From Desulfotalea psychrophila LSv54 (lineage in GTDB: Bacteria > Desulfobacterota > Desulfobulbia > Desulfobulbales > Desulfocapsaceae), in the NCBI RefSeq assembly GCF_000025945.1, contig NC_006138.1, positions 900,001-932,000 on the forward strand: a DNA stretch of 32,000 nt. Direction: 5' to 3'. Made by a program: the position numbers and the translations under genes. Under the pieces are notes generated by a model that worked only from the letters and a program-made list of their open reading frames with translations, was not told the DNA's origin and did not search any database. Positions 27,636-32,000 of the stretch are shown here, piece after piece (the stretch's first letter is position 1; each line of letters opens with the position of its first letter).

Positions 27636-29631
27636 ATGAGTGATATGAAGCCAAAGATTGAGAGCTTGTTGCAAGAGGATCGCCTTTTTGCGCCACCAGT
27701 TGCGGGGAAGAGTACAGCCTATATTTCCAGTATGGCAGAATATGAAGAGATTTATAAGCGCTCCATTGAAGATCCGGAAGGTTTTTGGGCGGAACGCGCT
27801 GAAGAATTGGTCTCTTGGTCGAAGAAATGGCACACTGTCCTGGAGGCGGATTTTGCTGTTCCCATGGTTAAATGGTTTGATGGTGCGACCCTGAATGCTT
27901 CTTATAACTGTTTGGATCGTCATATAGAAAATGGCCTTGGTGATAAAAAGGCCCTTATCTGGCAAGGTGAGCCGGAAGATGACTGCATAGAGTATACCTA
28001 TAGCGAGCTTCTTGCCGAGGTATGTCGTTTTGCCAATGTCCTGAAAAAAAAGGGGGTTCAGCGGGGTGATAGGGTTTCTGTCTATCTGCCTATGGTGCCA
28101 GAACTTACCATTGCCCTTCTTGCCTGTGCCCGGATCGGTGCGGTGCATGCAGTCGTCTTTGCCGGGTTTTCAGCAGCAAGTCTTGAAAATCGTCTCCAGG
28201 ATTGCGGGGCAAAGGTACTTGTTACTGCCGATGCTGTTCTGCGTGCCGGTAAGACCATTCCCCTCAAGCCCAACGCCGATGAGGCGCTTGAAGAGTGTGA
28301 TCTGGTTGAGCACTGTATTGTGGTAAAGCGGGCCGGAAATGAGGTCGAGATGGAGGAGGGACGTGATAGCTGGTGGCATGAGGATGTCGCCGCCTCTGAT
28401 ATCAGTGATCAGTGCCTGCCCGAGGAGATGGAGGCAGAGGATATTCTGTTTATTCTCTATACCTCCGGATCCACCGGTCAACCTAAGGGGGTTGTTCACA
28501 CCACCGGCGGATATCTTACCTACGCAATGCATACCACTCAGTGGGTTTTTGATCTTAAGGGGGATGATGTCTACTGGTGTACGGCAGATATTGGCTGGAT
28601 TACCGGTCACTCCTATATTGTTTATGGTCCTCTTGGCTTGGGCGGTACCTCTCTTATGTTTGAAGGAGTTCCCTCTTATCCCGATGCTGGCAGGTTCTGG
28701 CGAATTGTTGAAAAGTTTAAGGTCTCAATTTTTTATACGGCCCCCACTGTTATTCGGGCCCTGATGCGTTCCGGTACGGATCCGGTTGATCGTTACGATA
28801 TCTCTTCTCTTCGTGTTCTGGGCTCTGTTGGTGAGCCTATTAATCCAGAGGCCTGGATGTGGTACCATACCCATATTGGCAAGGGTCAGCTTCCCATTGT
28901 CGATACCTGGTGGCAGACCGAAACCGGGGCAATTATGATTGCTCCCCTGCCCTACGCTACGCCACTTAAGCCCGGAGCAGCAAGTAAACCTCTGCCCGGT
29001 GTTGATGTAGCTGTCCTCAATGAGGAGGGTAAAGAGGTCGGCCCCAATGAGGGTGGACGCTTGGTTATTCGTCAGCCATGGCCGGGGATGTTCCGTGGTG
29101 TTTATGGTGATTCGGCCCGGTTTAAAACCAACTATTTTGAGGCTTATCCCGGGGTATACGATGCCGGGGATGGCGTCCGCTGTGATGAGGATGGCTATTA
29201 CTGGGCGATGGGCCGTCTTGACGGCGGTTATTAATGTTTCGGGCCATAGAATGGGATCGGCCTCAGATAGAATCGGCTCTTGTTGCTGATGTGCGGCAGT
29301 GGGTGAGGCGTCAGTTGTGGGTATTCCACATCCTGTTAAGGCTCAGGCTATCTATGCCTTTGTTACCCTAAACAATGGCGTGTAAGAGACCCCTCAGCTT
29401 GTGCTAGAACTTCCAGCCCATGTGTGCAGTGGAATTGGACCAAGTGCCTCTCCTGATGTTATTCAGTATGCCCCTGGTCTTCCTAAGACGAGAACCGGTA
29501 AGATCATGCGTCGGGTTTTACGTAAAATTGCCGAGGGTGATTTTGATAATTTTGGTGATACCAGTACCCTTGCCGATCCAACGGTGATAGAGAGGTTAAT
29601 TCAGGGACGGGAAGTAGCAACTGGTAAGTAG
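27636..29631 (+). pseudogene. acs: Acetyl-CoA synthetase, disrupted near the C-terminus
   Basis: Acs motifs in ORF 27600..29234 (YTSGSTGQPKGVVHTTGGYL, WWQTETGA, MGRLDGGY*). The remaining parts ([97 protein letters not shown]) are spread over other frames plus an in-frame TAA at 29383-29385. Confidence 0.85.
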
Positions 29632-29660
29632 TGCAAAAGCAAGTATTACTTAATTTTATT

Positions 29661-29705
29661 ATGCCATATAGGGGGTTTTGTCGAACTTTGTGTGGCATTT
29701 TTTTG
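29661..29705 (+). terminator. Terminator downstream of acs
   Basis: atgccatata...tgtgtggcat (10 bp including G-U pairs) followed by a T-rich run. Confidence 0.65.
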
Positions 29706-29893
29706 TTTTTCTTGTAATATCAGGGCCACGTTCATTTATTTATTAAGTAACTGTTTGACATGTTGTGGTTTTTTGTCGAATAATATTATTAGGTTAGGGC
29801 GTAATGGTGTTTTTCTAGGGAGACAGTGTGTGGCGTTGCTTACCGGCTTTTACGTCACAATATACTGATATTTTATATGAAAGAGAGGGTGTT

Positions 29894-31240
29894 ATGCGTA
29901 ATCACTGGAGTGGCAGTATGGGGTTTATCCTTGCTGCTGTAGGATCTGCTGTTGGGCTTGGTAATATTTGGAAGTTTCCGTATATCACAGGAATGAATGG
30001 TGGCGGTGCCTTTGTTTTAGTTTACCTGGTGGCTATTTTACTCTGTGGTATGCCCCTGTTGATGGCGGAATTTGCCATTGGTCGTCACTCGCAAAAGGAT
30101 GTTGTCGGTTCCTTTAGAGATCTGATGCCAAAATCAAAGGGATGGCAGATTGTCGGTTGGTTAAACCTCTCAGCTGCCTTTATCATTCTCTCCTATTACG
30201 GTGTTATTGCCGGTTGGACCCTGTTTTACCTCTTTGAAGCGGTAACTAATAATTTCGCCGGTCAGAGCCCAGAGGCAATTGATGCAGTCTTTGGTGGACT
30301 TGTTACCAGCCCCACTACTCAGCTTCTCTGTCTGACCTACTTTACCATTCTTGTTGTTATCGCTGTTGCTTCTGGTATCCAGAAGGGTATTGAGCGTTGG
30401 AATAAGGTGATGATGCCGACCCTCTTTGGTATTGTTGTTGTTTTGGCCCTCTACTCCCTTACCACTCCGGGAGCAGTGGCTGGTTGGAAGTTTATGCTCT
30501 ACCCTGACTTCTCCAAGTTGACCATGGGAGGTGTGCTTGAGGCTATCGGTCACTCTTTCTTTACCCTCAGTATTGCCATGGGTATCTTGGTAACCTACGC
30601 AAGTTATATGGATAAGAAAGAGAAGATCTTTCCCGTTGCCATCCGGATCGCCTTTCTTGATACCGTTGTGGCCATTGGTGCCGGTCTTGCTATTTTTCCA
30701 ATCGTATTCTCCTTTGGTATGGAGCCTGGTGCCGGTCCTGGTCTTATCTTTAAGACTCTGCCCAAGGCATTTGCCCAAATGCCCTTTGGTAATGTGTTGG
30801 GAACCCTGTTCTTTGTCCTGATGGCCTTTGCTGCCCTCTCTTCTGCTATTTCTCTTCTTGAGGTACTTACCGCTTTTGCCATTGATGAGAAGAAGTATGA
30901 TCGTAAGAAGGCAACCATTATCATGGCTATTGCCGTCTATATTGCCGGTATTCCCTCTGCCCTTTCCTACTCTACCTTTTCTGATATCACCATTTGGGGT
31001 GGCATGCCTATCCTGGATGGTCTTGACCATATGGCAAGTAACTATATGCTGCCAATCGGTGGTCTGTTGATTGCTGTTTATGCAGGTTTTATTGTTGATA
31101 AGCGTATTCTGCAGGCAGAGATTACAGAAGATGGTGCTAAGTATGTGAAGGTCTTTAGGGTGTGGTATTTCACCATCCGTTACGTGACCCCCGTACTCGT
31201 TTTTGTAGTTTTTCTTAAGAGTGTTGGCCTGCTTGGCTAG
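29894..31240 (+). CDS. Sodium-dependent transporter of the NSS/SNF family
   Basis: WSGSMGFILAAVGSAVGLGNIWKFPYITGMNGGGAFVLVYL and the multi-TM pattern. ATG at 29894 gives the conserved N-terminus. Confidence 0.94.
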   Translation: MRNHWSGSMGFILAAVGSAVGLGNIWKFPYITGMNGGGAFVLVYLVAILLCGMPLLMAEFAIGRHSQKDVVGSFRDLMPKSKGWQIVGWLNLSAAFIILSYYGVIAGWTLFYLFEAVTNNFAGQSPEAIDAVFGGLVTSPTTQLLCLTYFTILVVIAVASGIQKGIERWNKVMMPTLFGIVVVLALYSLTTPGAVAGWKFMLYPDFSKLTMGGVLEAIGHSFFTLSIAMGILVTYASYMDKKEKIFPVAIRIAFLDTVVAIGAGLAIFPIVFSFGMEPGAGPGLIFKTLPKAFAQMPFGNVLGTLFFVLMAFAALSSAISLLEVLTAFAIDEKKYDRKKATIIMAIAVYIAGIPSALSYSTFSDITIWGGMPILDGLDHMASNYMLPIGGLLIAVYAGFIVDKRILQAEITEDGAKYVKVFRVWYFTIRYVTPVLVFVVFLKSVGLLG

Positions 31241-31261
31241 TTTTCTCGGCCTCCTCTGTAT

Positions 31262-31298
31262 AAAAGCTCTCAGCCTTAAGGCTGGGAGCTTTTTTTTT
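31262..31298 (+). terminator. Rho-independent terminator of the NSS transporter gene
   Basis: aaaagctctcagccTTAAggctgggagctttttttt. Confidence 0.9.
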
Positions 31299-31760
31299 GT
31301 CCGAAGGGCAGGGGCGAGGGATGGGGGCATGTTGGCAAATGGATGATTTTTGCCCAGGCATGATATGGGGATTAACCTTGTATTTTTAGGCTGTTATTTT
31401 ATCACCCTGTGCTGGGGCTATTTATGGCAGGCCAGGGGCTGATGGTGGGGAGCTTGCCTGATAAAAATTGAGAAGACATTTGATATATATGCAAAAGTAT
31501 TGTTTGTATAGCCTCCGCTGCCGGGTGAATCCGAGCCTCTTTGCGCATCCTGACCCTTGTTTTCTATTGGATTTTTTTTGTAAAATTCACGGAGATGCTT
31601 GAATGTGACGGCATAACGGGTTCTATTACATCATGTAGAAGGATTAAAACACTGTTGTTTGCAGAATGTTTCTCTATCCATTTTAGTTTTAGAGGCAACG
31701 GTCTGTTTTCTCTGCAAGCTCAATATTCTAGATTAAAAAACTGCCGATAAAAGACACGCT

Positions 31761-32000
31761 ATGAAAGGAAATGAAATTCGCTCAAGGTTTTTGGAGTATT
31801 TTAAGGGTAACGGTCACACCGTTGCTGAAAGTTCTTCATTAGTTCCCAAGGATGATCCCACTCTGCTCTTCACCAATGCGGGGATGGTGCAATTCAAAAG
31901 GGTTTTTATGGGGGATGATAAGAGAGGATATGTCCGAGCTGTTACCAGTCAGAAATGTGTTCGGGCAGGAGGAAAACATAACGATCTGGAGAATGTAGGT
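31761..32000 (+). CDS. alaS: Alanyl-tRNA synthetase, N-terminal part (runs off the window)
   Basis: [51 protein letters not shown]...[22 protein letters not shown]. Confidence 0.96.
   Translation, partial: MKGNEIRSRFLEYFKGNGHTVAESSSLVPKDDPTLLFTNAGMVQFKRVFMGDDKRGYVRAVTSQKCVRAGGKHNDLENVG

Noticed and set aside
30170-31330. 386-aa minus-strand ORF antisense to the NSS transporter
   Set aside because: It is fully antisense to a strongly conserved membrane protein gene, low-complexity and polar, with no family resemblance. Most likely an artefact of codon bias.
31299-31760. Long spacer upstream of alaS, checked for tRNA or small genes
   Set aside because: No tRNA cloverleaf or conserved ORF recognised. 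The 31541..31750 minus-strand ORF looks spurious.

Overview
This 32 kb window reads as an ordinary, gene-dense bacterial chromosome segment. Gene content (SecDF fusion, split F0 ATP synthase cluster, LarB, KdsD) fits a marine or anaerobic Desulfobacterota-like genome; that assignment is inference. Well-supported genes are birA, metK, kdsD, a cNMP-binding/DUF4388-like protein, a HAD hydrolase, secDF, larB, bamD, trxB, trxA, hemL, atpZ/atpI-like genes, atpB, atpE, rimO, an HU/IHF protein, a frameshifted rluB-type pseudouridine synthase, aroK, a GAPDH gene, a 1418-1449 aa protein with a PPDK/PEP-synthase-like C-terminus, an ArsR-type regulator, a disrupted acs, an NSS-type sodium symporter and the start of alaS. 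The most interesting locus is 3530..5866 (minus strand). It encodes a 778-aa protein whose first ~145 residues look like an E2 ubiquitin-conjugating (UBC) fold with a conserved Cys (HPDFDPGAICLGNFW), followed by a coiled-coil/repeat region, one transmembrane helix and a repeat-rich, probably extracytoplasmic C-terminus. No E1, JAB or Ub-like gene is adjacent. Other leads are the large PPDK_N/phospho-His protein beside GAPDH, a c-subunit with a partly Na+-type ligand set, clustered lesions in acs, a single-base frameshift in rluB, and a structured intergenic region upstream of the HU gene. No CRISPR array, mobile element, rRNA or tRNA was recognised.
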